NCBI GenBank assembly: GCA_035546295.1
Contig: DATKBT010000030.1
Span: 17,134 to 81,133, forward strand
Direction: 5' to 3'
From: Thermoanaerobaculia bacterium
GTDB lineage: Bacteria > Acidobacteriota > Thermoanaerobaculia > Multivoradales > Multivoraceae
Length of the DNA: 64,000 nucleotides
Part shown: positions 36,811 through 48,671 of the stretch, piece by piece
Layout of the letters: the number at the start of each line of letters is the position of its first letter
Numbering within the stretch: position 1 is the stretch's first letter
Notes under the pieces: model-generated
What the model was told of the DNA's origin: nothing
What the model saw: only the letters and a program-made list of their open reading frames with translations
Databases searched by the model: none
Made by a program: the position numbers and the translations under genes

Positions 36811-39800
36811 ATGTGCGGCATCATCGCGATCCTCCGCCGCCGGAGCACTTCCCCGGCGCCCGATCTCGAGCAGCTCGAAGCCGAGCTGAGGCAGTCGCTC
36901 GGCGACATCGACGGGGAGGTTTCCGATCCGTCCCTGGCGCACCGGCTCGAGCGCGTGGCCGTCCGGCTGGCGAAGGCCGATCGCCAGCTCGCGACCGCCG
37001 CGGGCGTGCGGGCGTTGGTGCTCGACCGCGACGCTGAGAGGTCGCTTCGGGAGATCGTCGGCGAGCTGCGCGACCGCGTGGAGGCCCTCGAGGCCGCGCT
37101 CGACCGTGCCCCCGTCGACAGCCGTGGCGTGGAGTCCCTCAACGCCGGGCTGGTTTCTCTGCGCGACGTCGTCTTCTCGCTCGAGCGTGATCGCCTCGAC
37201 GGAGCGCGCGCGGTGCGCGAGCTCGCGCGAGGGCACGAGCACGAGGCCGCGGTCACGGCCCTGTTCTCGATCCACCAGACGCTGCGCGCCCTCGACCGCC
37301 TCGAGGTGCGCGGTCGCGATTCCGCGGGTCTGGTCGTCGTGCTGCGCAACCTGGAGCTCGACGCGGAGTCCGCGCCGGTCTCGGAGCAGCTCGCCTCCCG
37401 CGCCGACCCGCTGCTCGGCCATCGGGCGGTCCGGCTCCTGCCGGCTGCCGGCGAGGGTCAGGGCACGCTGACGTTGGCCTACAAGCGGGCTGCCGAGATC
37501 GGAGAGCTCGGCGACAACGTCCGTTTCCTGCGCGAGGCGATCCGCGACGACGACCTCCTGCACCTCGCGCTCGCGGGAGCTCGCATCGAGGCGACCGTGA
37601 TCGGGCACACCCGCTGGGCCAGCGTCGGCATGATCTCCGAGGCGAACGCCCACCCGCTCGACGAGCGAACGAGCGTCGAGCCGCTCGGCAACGGGGCGTC
37701 GGTGATCGCCGTCCTCAACGGCGACGTCGACAACTACGCCGACCTCAAGGCGGCGGCCGGGCTCCGATTCCCGGAGGCGATCACCACCGACGCCAAGGTG
37801 ATCCCGGCGCTGGTGTCGACGCGGGTCGCGCGCGGGGTCGAGCCGGTCGACGCGTTTCGCGAGACGGTGGCGGCTTTCGAGGGCTCGGTGGCGATCGTGG
37901 CCCTTGACCTGGCGCGCCCGGACCGGCTCTGGTTGGCGACGGCCGGCAGCGGCCAGGGGCTCTACGTCGGTCTCTCGCCCGACGACCTCTCCCCCGATCA
38001 CGAAGCGAGCGCCGAGGGCGTCTTCATGGTCGCCAGCGAGCCCTATGGCCTGGTCGAGCAGACCCGCAGGTACCTGCGGCTCGACGGCACCCGCGGCGGC
38101 CAGGTCGTGGTGCTCGACGGCGACGCGGCAGGCCGCCTGACGGGGATCGAGCGACGGGGGTACGACGGCAGCGAGCTGCCGGTGGCGGAGAGCGAGCTGG
38201 TGGTCGCCGATCTGACCACCCGCGACATCGACCGGGGCGACGCACCGCACTACCTGCGCAAGGAGATCGCCGAGGCGCCGCGGTCCTTCGCCAAGACCCT
38301 GCGCGGCAAGATCGTCGGTCCGGAAGGCGCGAAGCGGGTCGAGCTCACCGAGGAGACGATTCCGCCGGACATCGCGAGCCGTCTCGAGAACGGCTCGTTC
38401 CGCCGAATCCTGGTCATCGGCCAGGGGACCGCAGCGGTCGCCGGCGCCGGAGTGGCCGAGGCCCTCGAGCGCGCGCTCGCGCTGGAGCCCCTGGCTCCCA
38501 GCGTCACGTCCCTGTGCGCGACCGAGCTGAGCGGCTTTCAGCTTCGCGACGACATGAGCGACTGCCTGGTGGTGGCGGTCAGCCAGTCGGGCACGACCAC
38601 CGACACCAACCGCACGGTCGACCTGGCGCGCTCGCGGGGAGCGGCGGTGCTCGCCATCGTCAACCGTCGCCACTCCGACCTGGTGTCGAAGGCCGACGGC
38701 GTGTTGTACACCTCCGACGGCCGCGACGTGGAGATGAGCGTCGCGTCGACCAAGGCCTTCTACTCGCAGATCGCGGCGGGAGTGCTCCTGGCCTCGGCGA
38801 TCGCCGATCGGGTTCACGGGGGGCCTTCAGGCGGCGCCGCCCGGCAGGCCCTGCTCGCCGCGCTGGCGCGGCTCCCCGAGGCGATGCGTCGCGTGATCGA
38901 CGAGCGCTCGGCCGAGATCGCGCGCGTCGCCGAGCAGCTGGCGCCGCCCAGGCGCTACTGGGCGCTGGTCGGCAACGGGCCGAATCGCATCGCCGCTCGA
39001 GAGGTGAGGATCAAGCTCTCGGAGCTCTGCTACAAGTCGATCGCCTGCGACGCCACCGAGGACAAGAAGCACATCGACCTCTCCTCGGAGCCCTTGATCC
39101 TGGTCTGTGCGGCGGGCCTGGTGGGCTCGACCGCCGACGACGTGGCGAAGGAAGTCGCCATCTACCGCGCGCACAAGGCGACGCCGGTGGTCATCTGCAG
39201 CGAGGGGGAGTCGCGCTTCGCGGCCGCGGTCGAGCGCATCGAGGTGCCGCGCGTGCACCCGGCGCTCGACTTCGTGCTCTCGGCCGTGGTTGGACATCTG
39301 TTCGGCTACTTCGCAGCCCAGGCGATCGACACCCAGGCGCGTCCGCTGCGGCGCATCCGCGGCGCAATCGAGTCGGCGGTGCAGCGCTGGCCGTCCGGCG
39401 ACGGCACGGTCGAGCCGCTCGCCCTGCTGGCGAGCGAGATCGCCGAGCCGGCGCGCGCCTTCTCTCGCGGGCTCGCCGAGCGACGCTACGACGGCCATCT
39501 CGAGGCCAGCACCGCCCTCCCGCTCTGGCGGCTGCTCCACGTGCTGGATCGTCCCGACGCCCTCGACACCTACGCTCGCGAGTGGGGGCGGCCGGCGTCC
39601 CCAGGCCCGTTCCTCGAGGACCTCGCCGCGGCCGCCACGCGAGCCATCGACGAGCTGACGCGTCCGATCGACGCGATCAAGCACCAGGCGAAGACGGTCA
39701 CCGTCGGCATCTCGCGTAGCGACGAGGCGCTCTTCTCGGTGCCGCTCGTCAAGGCGCTCCTCGAGACCGGGATCGATCGCGCCGTTCTCTCTTACGCCGA

Positions 39801-40386
39801 CCTGCGCACGATGGCGAGGCTCGATCCGGCGGTCGACCGGGTTCTCGGCTTCACGCGGTACCGGATCGACGGGGACCCCCGGGAGGAGGGCGCCCTGGTG
39901 CGGGTGGTCGACTCCGGCGGCGTCGCACGGGACCTGCGCTCACGCACGCACGACAACCCGGCGCTCAAGGGGACCAAGAGAAGGGTGGCGGTCGAGGGAC
40001 GTGTGCTGGTGGCGCGCGGTCAGAGCGACGGTCGGACCTTCGCGCTCGTTCCCGAGATCGAGGGCGGGAAGACGCGAGGGCTGACCCTGATCCACGTCGA
40101 GCTCGCCGAGCAGGTCGCGGCGGGGATCCTCCGGGAGGTCCTCTCCGGCTACCGCGACCGCTACTCCGAGCTCCGCGACCTGGTGATGGAGACCGAGAGC
40201 GGCTTCCCGGACGAGCTGCTCACTACTCTGCCGGTCGCCGACGTGCTGACCGCGCCGCCAGAGGAGGTCGTGCGCCGGTGGCGGTCTTCCGGTGACGGCG
40301 AGGCGGGATCGGAGCTCGGCAGATCCGACCGGGCTCCGGCGGCGGGAGGGCGCGCGGCGGCGAAGGGGGCGCGCAGGACGAGCTGA
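36811..40386 (+). CDS. Giant GlmS-like glutamine amidotransferase/SIS protein (1191 aa)
   Basis: MCGII (Ntn Cys), RGRDSAG, GHTRWAS, ANAHP, SQSGTTTDT, VASTKAFY, IKLSEL, KHQAKTVTVG. Confidence 0.85.
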   Translation: MCGIIAILRRRSTSPAPDLEQLEAELRQSLGDIDGEVSDPSLAHRLERVAVRLAKADRQLATAAGVRALVLDRDAERSLREIVGELRDRVEALEAALDRAPVDSRGVESLNAGLVSLRDVVFSLERDRLDGARAVRELARGHEHEAAVTALFSIHQTLRALDRLEVRGRDSAGLVVVLRNLELDAESAPVSEQLASRADPLLGHRAVRLLPAAGEGQGTLTLAYKRAAEIGELGDNVRFLREAIRDDDLLHLALAGARIEATVIGHTRWASVGMISEANAHPLDERTSVEPLGNGASVIAVLNGDVDNYADLKAAAGLRFPEAITTDAKVIPALVSTRVARGVEPVDAFRETVAAFEGSVAIVALDLARPDRLWLATAGSGQGLYVGLSPDDLSPDHEASAEGVFMVASEPYGLVEQTRRYLRLDGTRGGQVVVLDGDAAGRLTGIERRGYDGSELPVAESELVVADLTTRDIDRGDAPHYLRKEIAEAPRSFAKTLRGKIVGPEGAKRVELTEETIPPDIASRLENGSFRRILVIGQGTAAVAGAGVAEALERALALEPLAPSVTSLCATELSGFQLRDDMSDCLVVAVSQSGTTTDTNRTVDLARSRGAAVLAIVNRRHSDLVSKADGVLYTSDGRDVEMSVASTKAFYSQIAAGVLLASAIADRVHGGPSGGAARQALLAALARLPEAMRRVIDERSAEIARVAEQLAPPRRYWALVGNGPNRIAAREVRIKLSELCYKSIACDATEDKKHIDLSSEPLILVCAAGLVGSTADDVAKEVAIYRAHKATPVVICSEGESRFAAAVERIEVPRVHPALDFVLSAVVGHLFGYFAAQAIDTQARPLRRIRGAIESAVQRWPSGDGTVEPLALLASEIAEPARAFSRGLAERRYDGHLEASTALPLWRLLHVLDRPDALDTYAREWGRPASPGPFLEDLAAAATRAIDELTRPIDAIKHQAKTVTVGISRSDEALFSVPLVKALLETGIDRAVLSYADLRTMARLDPAVDRVLGFTRYRIDGDPREEGALVRVVDSGGVARDLRSRTHDNPALKGTKRRVAVEGRVLVARGQSDGRTFALVPEIEGGKTRGLTLIHVELAEQVAAGILREVLSGYRDRYSELRDLVMETESGFPDELLTTLPVADVLTAPPEEVVRRWRSSGDGEAGSELGRSDRAPAAGGRAAAKGARRTS

Positions 40387-40403
40387 AGCCTCTGCTGCTC
40401 CTT

Positions 40404-40436
40404 CGCCTCACGAGCGCCTCACGAGCGCCTCACGAG
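40404..40436 (+). repeat. Tandem repeat, 11 bp x 3 (CGCCTCACGAG)
   Basis: Read directly, just downstream of the GlmS-like stop. Confidence 0.9.
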
Positions 40437-40600
40437 GTGTCTGAAGGAACCGCCGCTCGCGAAGACTCCGGGGGTGCGCGAGGGACGAACGAGGTTCTGT
40501 CCGCCCTCGGCCGACATCGCGCAGCCGAGGTTTCCACGAGAGGATTCTCAGCCGTCGTCGGGCCAGAGACTCTCCGCCGGCCGAGACGAGTGCGGAACGT

Positions 40601-40915
40601 TCGACAAAATCGTCCGATCGACCGGCAGCGCTCGACAATTCTGTCGATGAGACGGCAAGTCCTCTGGATGGTTCCGTTGAATCGGCGGGCGCCCACGTGT
40701 CTGTCGGCCCTCGCGTCGAGATCGACATTTTTGTAAGGCCTCGACCGGCTGGTCCTCCTCCACTGTCGGAGCCGAAGAGCCTGCCCGAATGGAGATTGCT
40801 CCCGCTCCGCTCGGGATCAGCAGGTGGCACAACGGTTGCTGTGGTACCGGGACCAGTACCGGGACCAGTCTGACAAGATCGTCTTCCGGATCGCTCCGGT
40901 CGACATGTTTGTCGT
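40601..40915. promoter_or_regulatory. Repeated palindromic motif TCGACA-N4-TGTCGA around the glnA promoter (candidate regulator sites)
   Basis: Perfect copy at 40632-40647; variants at 40601, 40722, 40870 and 40900. Confidence 0.6.
40825..40840 (+). promoter_or_regulatory. Sigma54 (-24/-12) promoter of glnA
   Basis: TGGCAC-AACGG-TTGCT matches the consensus TGGCAC-N5-TTGCW, 140 bp upstream of the glnA ATG. Confidence 0.88.
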
Positions 40916-40980
40916 TGCGAGAGCGCCCGGCTCGAACCTGTCTCCGAGACGGTGCGTTCCCTAGAACCTCAGGAGGAGTG

Positions 40981-42383
<1,403 letters not shown>

Positions 42384-42393
<10 letters not shown>

Positions 42394-42435
42394 CGACGAC
42401 ATCTGACGACGACCACTGACGACGACCACTGACGA
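42384..42435 (+). repeat. Tandem repeat, 13 bp x 4 (CGACATCTGACGA / CGACCACTGACGA), starting in the last codons of glnA
   Basis: Read directly. Confidence 0.9.
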
Positions 42436-42574
42436 GACGGTCGGCGCACCGGGCCACGGGGCGCGGTGCGCCGCCGGTCACCGCTCGGGAGCTGGGGCCT
42501 TCGAGCAGGAGACGACACCCGCGCGGAACGGCGAGGTCGAGGGCGGCGGGATCGCGGAGACGAGCCGAGAGCGA

Positions 42575-44209
<1,635 letters not shown>

Positions 44210-44323
44210 CGGGCTCGTCGCGGGTCCTGGCTCGCCCTCGAAGCCGGGATAGCCTTCCGGGGTCGATCCGGAATCCGGACGCCTCGAACTGAGGACGCGG
44301 TGGCCTGGACGAGAGGAGCCGAG

Positions 44324-45127
44324 ATGTCGAACCGAAGCGGCAACGATCACGTCCTGGTCGAGCAGCGGGACCGGGTGCTCGCGATCACGCTCGACCGGCC
44401 GGACAAGCTCAACGCGCTCTCGGCGCAGATGATCGCGGGGGCGAGCGACGCGCTCGAGCGCGCCGCGACCGATGCCGAGGTCGGCGCCGTCCTGATCACG
44501 GGGTCGGGGCGCGCCTTCTGCGCCGGCGGCGACGTCTCCGCGATGAGCGCGGCGGTGGGCGAGAGCACCTACGAGCAACGAGTCGACGGCCTGCGTCGCG
44601 GCCAGCGACTCTCCTGGCTCCTCCATTCCCTGCCGAAGCCGACCCTGGCCGCGGTGAACGGTTACGCGATGGGCGCCGGGCTGGGAATCGCGCTCTCTTG
44701 CGATCTGCGGCTGGCGTCGTCGACGGCGAAGCTCGGAACCGCCTACTCCAAGGTCGGCTTCGGCGGCGACTACGGCGTGACCTGGCAGCTCACCCGGCTG
44801 GTGGGGCCGGCGCGCGCCAAAGAGCTGCTGTTCCTGGCCGACGTGGTCGACGCCGAGCAGGCCGAGCGGCTCGGCCTGGTGAACCGGGTCGTCGACGCCG
44901 ACAGCTTCGCGGACGAGGCGCACGCGCTCGCCCAGCGACTCGCCACCGGGCCGACGGTGAGCTATCGCTGGATGAAGGAGAACGTGAACCTCGCGGTGAC
45001 CTCCGACTTCCGCTCGCTGCTCGACCGGGAGGCGATCACCCATCTCCGCTGCGGCGAGACCGAGGACCACCGCGAGGGGGTCGCCGCGTTCATGGAGAAG
45101 CGGGCGCCGCGATTCCAGGGCAGGTGA
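44324..45127 (+). CDS. Enoyl-CoA hydratase/isomerase family, PaaG-like
   Basis: RPDKLNAL, AFCAGGD, PKPTLAAVNG; lacks the canonical crotonase Glu residues and has Asp in GGDYG. Confidence 0.88.
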   Translation: MSNRSGNDHVLVEQRDRVLAITLDRPDKLNALSAQMIAGASDALERAATDAEVGAVLITGSGRAFCAGGDVSAMSAAVGESTYEQRVDGLRRGQRLSWLLHSLPKPTLAAVNGYAMGAGLGIALSCDLRLASSTAKLGTAYSKVGFGGDYGVTWQLTRLVGPARAKELLFLADVVDAEQAERLGLVNRVVDADSFADEAHALAQRLATGPTVSYRWMKENVNLAVTSDFRSLLDREAITHLRCGETEDHREGVAAFMEKRAPRFQGR

Positions 45128-45170
45128 TGGGAACCCGGCCGGGCTTCCTTCGTTGTAGTCCAGCAGGAAC

Positions 45171-45863
45171 GTGGAGAGGCCCCCGGAGATGACCCCGAGC
45201 CCGATCGCCGGCAGCCAGAGCGGCGCCGGCCTGCCCGCGCTGCCGGCGACGCTGCCCGAGCTGCGTCACGTGCGCACGCTGGGCGCGACGCCGGAACGCG
45301 AGCGCCAGGCGCGCCGAGACGCCCGCCTGATGGCCGAAGTCAAGCAGGGGGATGCGCACGCGTTCGAGCAGATCGTCGACGGCCACAAGGACTCGCTCGT
45401 CAACTACCTCAGTCGCCTGACCCGCTGCCGGGACCGGGCCGAGGAGTACGCGCAGGAGGCCTTCGTGCGTCTCTACCAGAACGCGGACCGCTACGACGAG
45501 CGGGGGCTCCTCGCCGCCTACCTGTTCCGCGTCGCGACCAATCTGGTGCGCACCGACGAGCGCCGGCGGAAGCGCTGGCGCCTGCTGGTCCCGTTCATCG
45601 AGCGAGATGATCGCTCCCGGGAGCCCTCCCCCCAGCGCGAGGTGCTCCACGAGGAAGCGTCCAACGTCGTGGCCGAGGCGATCGCCCAGCTCCCCCTCCA
45701 TTTTCGCGCGCCCCTCGTGATGCGCGAGATCGAGGGATGGTCCTATCAGGAGATCGCGGAGGCCCTCGGCTGCCGGATCGGCACCGTGAAGTCCCGCATC
45801 AACCGCGCCAAGGCGCAGCTGCGCGAGCGTCTCGAGCGCTACTGGCAGGGGGAGGGGCGATGA
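45171..45863 (+). CDS. ECF (sigma-70 family, RpoE-like) sigma factor
   Basis: AEEYAQEAFVR, YLFRVATN, MREIEGWSYQEIAEALGCRIGTVKSRINRA; ATG 45189 is an alternative start. Confidence 0.93.
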   Translation: MERPPEMTPSPIAGSQSGAGLPALPATLPELRHVRTLGATPERERQARRDARLMAEVKQGDAHAFEQIVDGHKDSLVNYLSRLTRCRDRAEEYAQEAFVRLYQNADRYDERGLLAAYLFRVATNLVRTDERRRKRWRLLVPFIERDDRSREPSPQREVLHEEASNVVAEAIAQLPLHFRAPLVMREIEGWSYQEIAEALGCRIGTVKSRINRAKAQLRERLERYWQGEGR

Positions 45864-46417
45864 GCGTCGGGCGCCGGCCGCCGCAGGAGAGCGCGTCGGG
45901 AGGCCGCGAGCGGCGAAGCCTCGAGCAGATCCTCGGGGCGATGGATCGCCAGGTCGCCAGCCCCGCCTTCACCGCTCGCGCCGTCACGGCGTCGATTCGG
46001 CCGCCGCGGCGGCGGCCGCTCGTGATCGCGCTGCGCCGGTGGCGGATGCGCCTGCTCGTCACCGGCGCTCTGGCGGCGGCCGGCCTCGCCGGCTTCTGGA
46101 TCGCGCCGCACCTCGATCCCTCGGGCCGCGGAGGCTTGGAGCACTCCGCTGGCGACGTCCGCAGCTCGGCGCTGGAGCCGGAGCGCGAACAGCACCCGGA
46201 GGCCGAAGCGCTGCGCGCACAGCTTCGCGACCTCGAGCGGGAGCTGCTCGAGCTCGAGCGTCTGGCGGCCGAGCGTGAGCCGCTGATCGCGATCGAGGGC
46301 GGTCACGCCGACTACCTGATCGACCTCCGCGACTTCCTGCCGACGACCAGGAGCCAGGGCGCGGTTCCCGCGCGATACCGGCCGGCCGGCCGCGGCGGCG
46401 CGCCCCACGGCCGATGA
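45860..46417 (+). CDS. Putative single-TM anti-sigma factor
   Basis: ATGA overlap with the sigma stop; one central TM segment and a C-terminal coiled-coil-like region. Confidence 0.55.
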   Translation: MSVGRRPPQESASGGRERRSLEQILGAMDRQVASPAFTARAVTASIRPPRRRPLVIALRRWRMRLLVTGALAAAGLAGFWIAPHLDPSGRGGLEHSAGDVRSSALEPEREQHPEAEALRAQLRDLERELLELERLAAEREPLIAIEGGHADYLIDLRDFLPTTRSQGAVPARYRPAGRGGAPHGR

Positions 46418-47301
46418 GTCGAGCGCCTATGAATCGAGAGTCAGCGCATCGAGAGTCAACGCATCGAGAGTCAGCGAATCGAGAGTCGAGTCGCGAGCCG
46501 ATGAGAGCCCTGGCGCTGCTGCTGACGATCGGATGGCTGCTCGCGGGCACCTTCGCGAAGGGTCAGGAGGACCGAGGAGACCGTGCGCGCTCGAGTGCGC
46601 GTGCCGTGGTGATCGGAGAGGATGGCAGGCTGGTCGAGTTGCGCGGCGAAGACGGCTCCGCACTCCGGCTGGTTCCGTCCGGCGAGCGGGACGCCCCCGG
46701 CGCGGTGGTCGTGCTCGAGCGCCTCGGGCTGGGCCGGGGCTTTCTCGGTGTCCAGCTCATCGGCCTCACCGAGCAGCTCCGGGTGCGGTTCGAGGCGCCG
46801 CCGGGGGAGGGCGCGCTGGTCTCCGAGGTCGTCGCCGGGAGTCCGGCGGAGCGCGCGGGGGTGCGCGCCGGGGACGTGATCACGGCGGTCGGATCGGAGA
46901 GGGTGCGACGGACCGGGGACGTCAGTCGTCTGGTCGCCGGACGGGAAGGAGAGCTGGTCGAGCTCGAGGTCCTGCGCGCCGGCGCGCCGATCAGGTTGAC
47001 GGCGATGATCGCCGAGCGCGAGCGGCCGCTGGTGAGGGTAGGCCGCGACGGCGACAGCGTCGTCCTGCACTGGATCGCGGGAGAGGGCTCTTCAGGTCTC
47101 GACGCCGCGGGAGGCCACTTCTTCCTCGACGACGCGCTCGAGGGGCTCGATCTCTACTTCGTGAGCGACGAGTGGCGCGATCGGGCGGAGGGCCCCGGGG
47201 AAGACCTCGACGCCGCCGCTCTCGAACGGCGCATCGACTCGATCAAGCGCCAGCTCGACGATCTGCGCCGCCGGCTCGAGCGCATCGAGCCCGAGGGGTA
47301 G
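46414..47301 (+). CDS. Exported PDZ-domain protein with no protease domain (likely start ATG 46501)
   Basis: Signal peptide MRALALLLTIGWLLAG; PDZ GFLGVQL..GALVSEVVAGSPAERAGVRAGDVITAV. Confidence 0.8.
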   Translation: MSRAPMNRESAHRESTHRESANRESSREPMRALALLLTIGWLLAGTFAKGQEDRGDRARSSARAVVIGEDGRLVELRGEDGSALRLVPSGERDAPGAVVVLERLGLGRGFLGVQLIGLTEQLRVRFEAPPGEGALVSEVVAGSPAERAGVRAGDVITAVGSERVRRTGDVSRLVAGREGELVELEVLRAGAPIRLTAMIAERERPLVRVGRDGDSVVLHWIAGEGSSGLDAAGGHFFLDDALEGLDLYFVSDEWRDRAEGPGEDLDAAALERRIDSIKRQLDDLRRRLERIEPEG

Positions 47302-47401
47302 GACCTGCCCGGGCCTCGGTCCGGGCTCCCGCCGGAGTCGGCCGCCTCGCGGCCGCGGCCGCCGGGCGCTCCCGCTGATAGGGTTCGGCGAGCTCACGGG
47401 C

Positions 47402-48115
47402 ATGGCATCGAACGCGCGTCAAGGGCCGCTCCGTCTCTTCGTCGTCCGTCACGGGCAGGTGGCCGCGAACCGTGAGTATCGCTACGTCGGCGATCGCGAC
47501 GACCCGCTCACCGATCTGGGGCGTCGTCAAGCCGCCGCGATCGCCGAGGCGCTCGGCTCCCTGCGCGTGGACGGGCGCCCGCTGCCCGTCGCTGGCCTGA
47601 TCTCGAGCCCGCGCCAGCGTGCGCGCGACACCGCCCTGGCGATCGCGGACGCGCTCGGCCGCGAGCTCGAGATCGACCAGCGCCTCGCCGAGCAGTCGTA
47701 CGGCGGGTGGGAGGGGCTGACTCGCGACGAGGTGCGCGCGCTCTCGGAGGAGGACGCGGTCCACCTCGAGCGGATCGATGCCGATCCGACCCTGTCGCCC
47801 CCGGGAGGCGAGTCGCTGAGCACGGCACAGCGTCGCGTCGTCTCGCTGGTCGACGAGCTCGCAGGCGGCGCGACGGAGGGCGCAGTCGTCCTGGTCAGCC
47901 ACGTCGGACCCATCAAGACGCTGATCGCGGCCGCCCTCGACCTGCCGCTGGTCAACCTCCGGCGGCTGTTCCTCGACCTGGCGACGCTCACCGTCATCGA
48001 CTGGTCGCAGCCCCCCGTGCTGCGGCTGTTCAACCATCACGCCCATCTCGGCTTCGATCGGGCCCGATGGTTGGAGAGCTCGCGCTCCGAGTCGCTGGCT
48101 CCGCCTCCGCGCTGA
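47402..48115 (+). CDS. Histidine phosphatase family protein
   Basis: VRHGQ, SSPRQRA, EQSYGGWEG, PPGGES, VSHVG. Confidence 0.9.
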   Translation: MASNARQGPLRLFVVRHGQVAANREYRYVGDRDDPLTDLGRRQAAAIAEALGSLRVDGRPLPVAGLISSPRQRARDTALAIADALGRELEIDQRLAEQSYGGWEGLTRDEVRALSEEDAVHLERIDADPTLSPPGGESLSTAQRRVVSLVDELAGGATEGAVVLVSHVGPIKTLIAAALDLPLVNLRRLFLDLATLTVIDWSQPPVLRLFNHHAHLGFDRARWLESSRSESLAPPPR

Positions 48116-48118
48116 CGC

Positions 48119-48542
48119 CTAGCCTCCGATCTGCTTGGGCGCGCTGCGCGCGCTGTAGCAGATCTCCGGCTAGGTCGACTAGGCCAGCGGGAAGTTCTTG
48201 CCTGCCTTGCGGCAGGCGGCGGTCGTTGGCCTCGCGCAAGCGCGAGACCAAGGCTCACAAGACGGTCAAAGTTCGATCAAGCCGCTGCGCTCGCCCAGAG
48301 AAACGGCTGTGGCCTGGTCGACCCAACCGCGCCCGCTTGCGGGCTTGCGGCGCACGAGTGATCGGCTAGCGGGCTCGTGGTATGACCGCCGCGACCTCGC
48401 TGCTCGTTGGGGAGTGGTGAACACCACGAGCCCGCTAGCGATTTCTCGCGGCTTCAAGCGCCTCCGGCGCGTCGCCGCGGACAGCCGGAGAACCGAGCGA
48501 CTGTTGCACCGCCCACTGCCAGTTCCTCGGACAGCATCCTAG
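48119..48542. mobile_element. CTAG-bounded mosaic repeat locus, modules A-B-B2-C-D (nested MITE-like)
   Basis: CTAG at 48119, 48170, 48179, 48366, 48435 and 48539; modules are shared with loci 29091, 61710 and 12714. Confidence 0.8.
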
Positions 48543-48671
48543 GGCGCGAAGAGTGGCGAGAGCACGACTCGCGCCGCGAGCGGCTGCGTGTCGATCCCGA
48601 GCTTCTCCGGCCGTCGGGTAGAGTTCGCGACTCTTCCTGGAGGCGCGGCGGGCAACGACGGAGATGAGACG

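Noticed and set aside
34135-38817. 1560-aa minus-strand ORF and similar long antisense ORFs (7135..10467, 12814..14925, 42617..45070, 48435..50264, 57315..60689)
   Set aside because: They are antisense shadows of well-supported genes and lack motifs, apart from the embedded real genes at 34135-35325 and 57315-58421.
48198-48667. Small ORFs within the repeat loci (48198..48542, 48266..48457, 48407..48667, 29125..29430)
   Set aside because: No RBS or recognisable motifs, and they cross module boundaries; none resembles a transposase.
48119-48671. T-box or riboswitch upstream of glyQS
   Set aside because: No T-box consensus or specifier loop recognised; the region is explained by the dispersed repeat modules.
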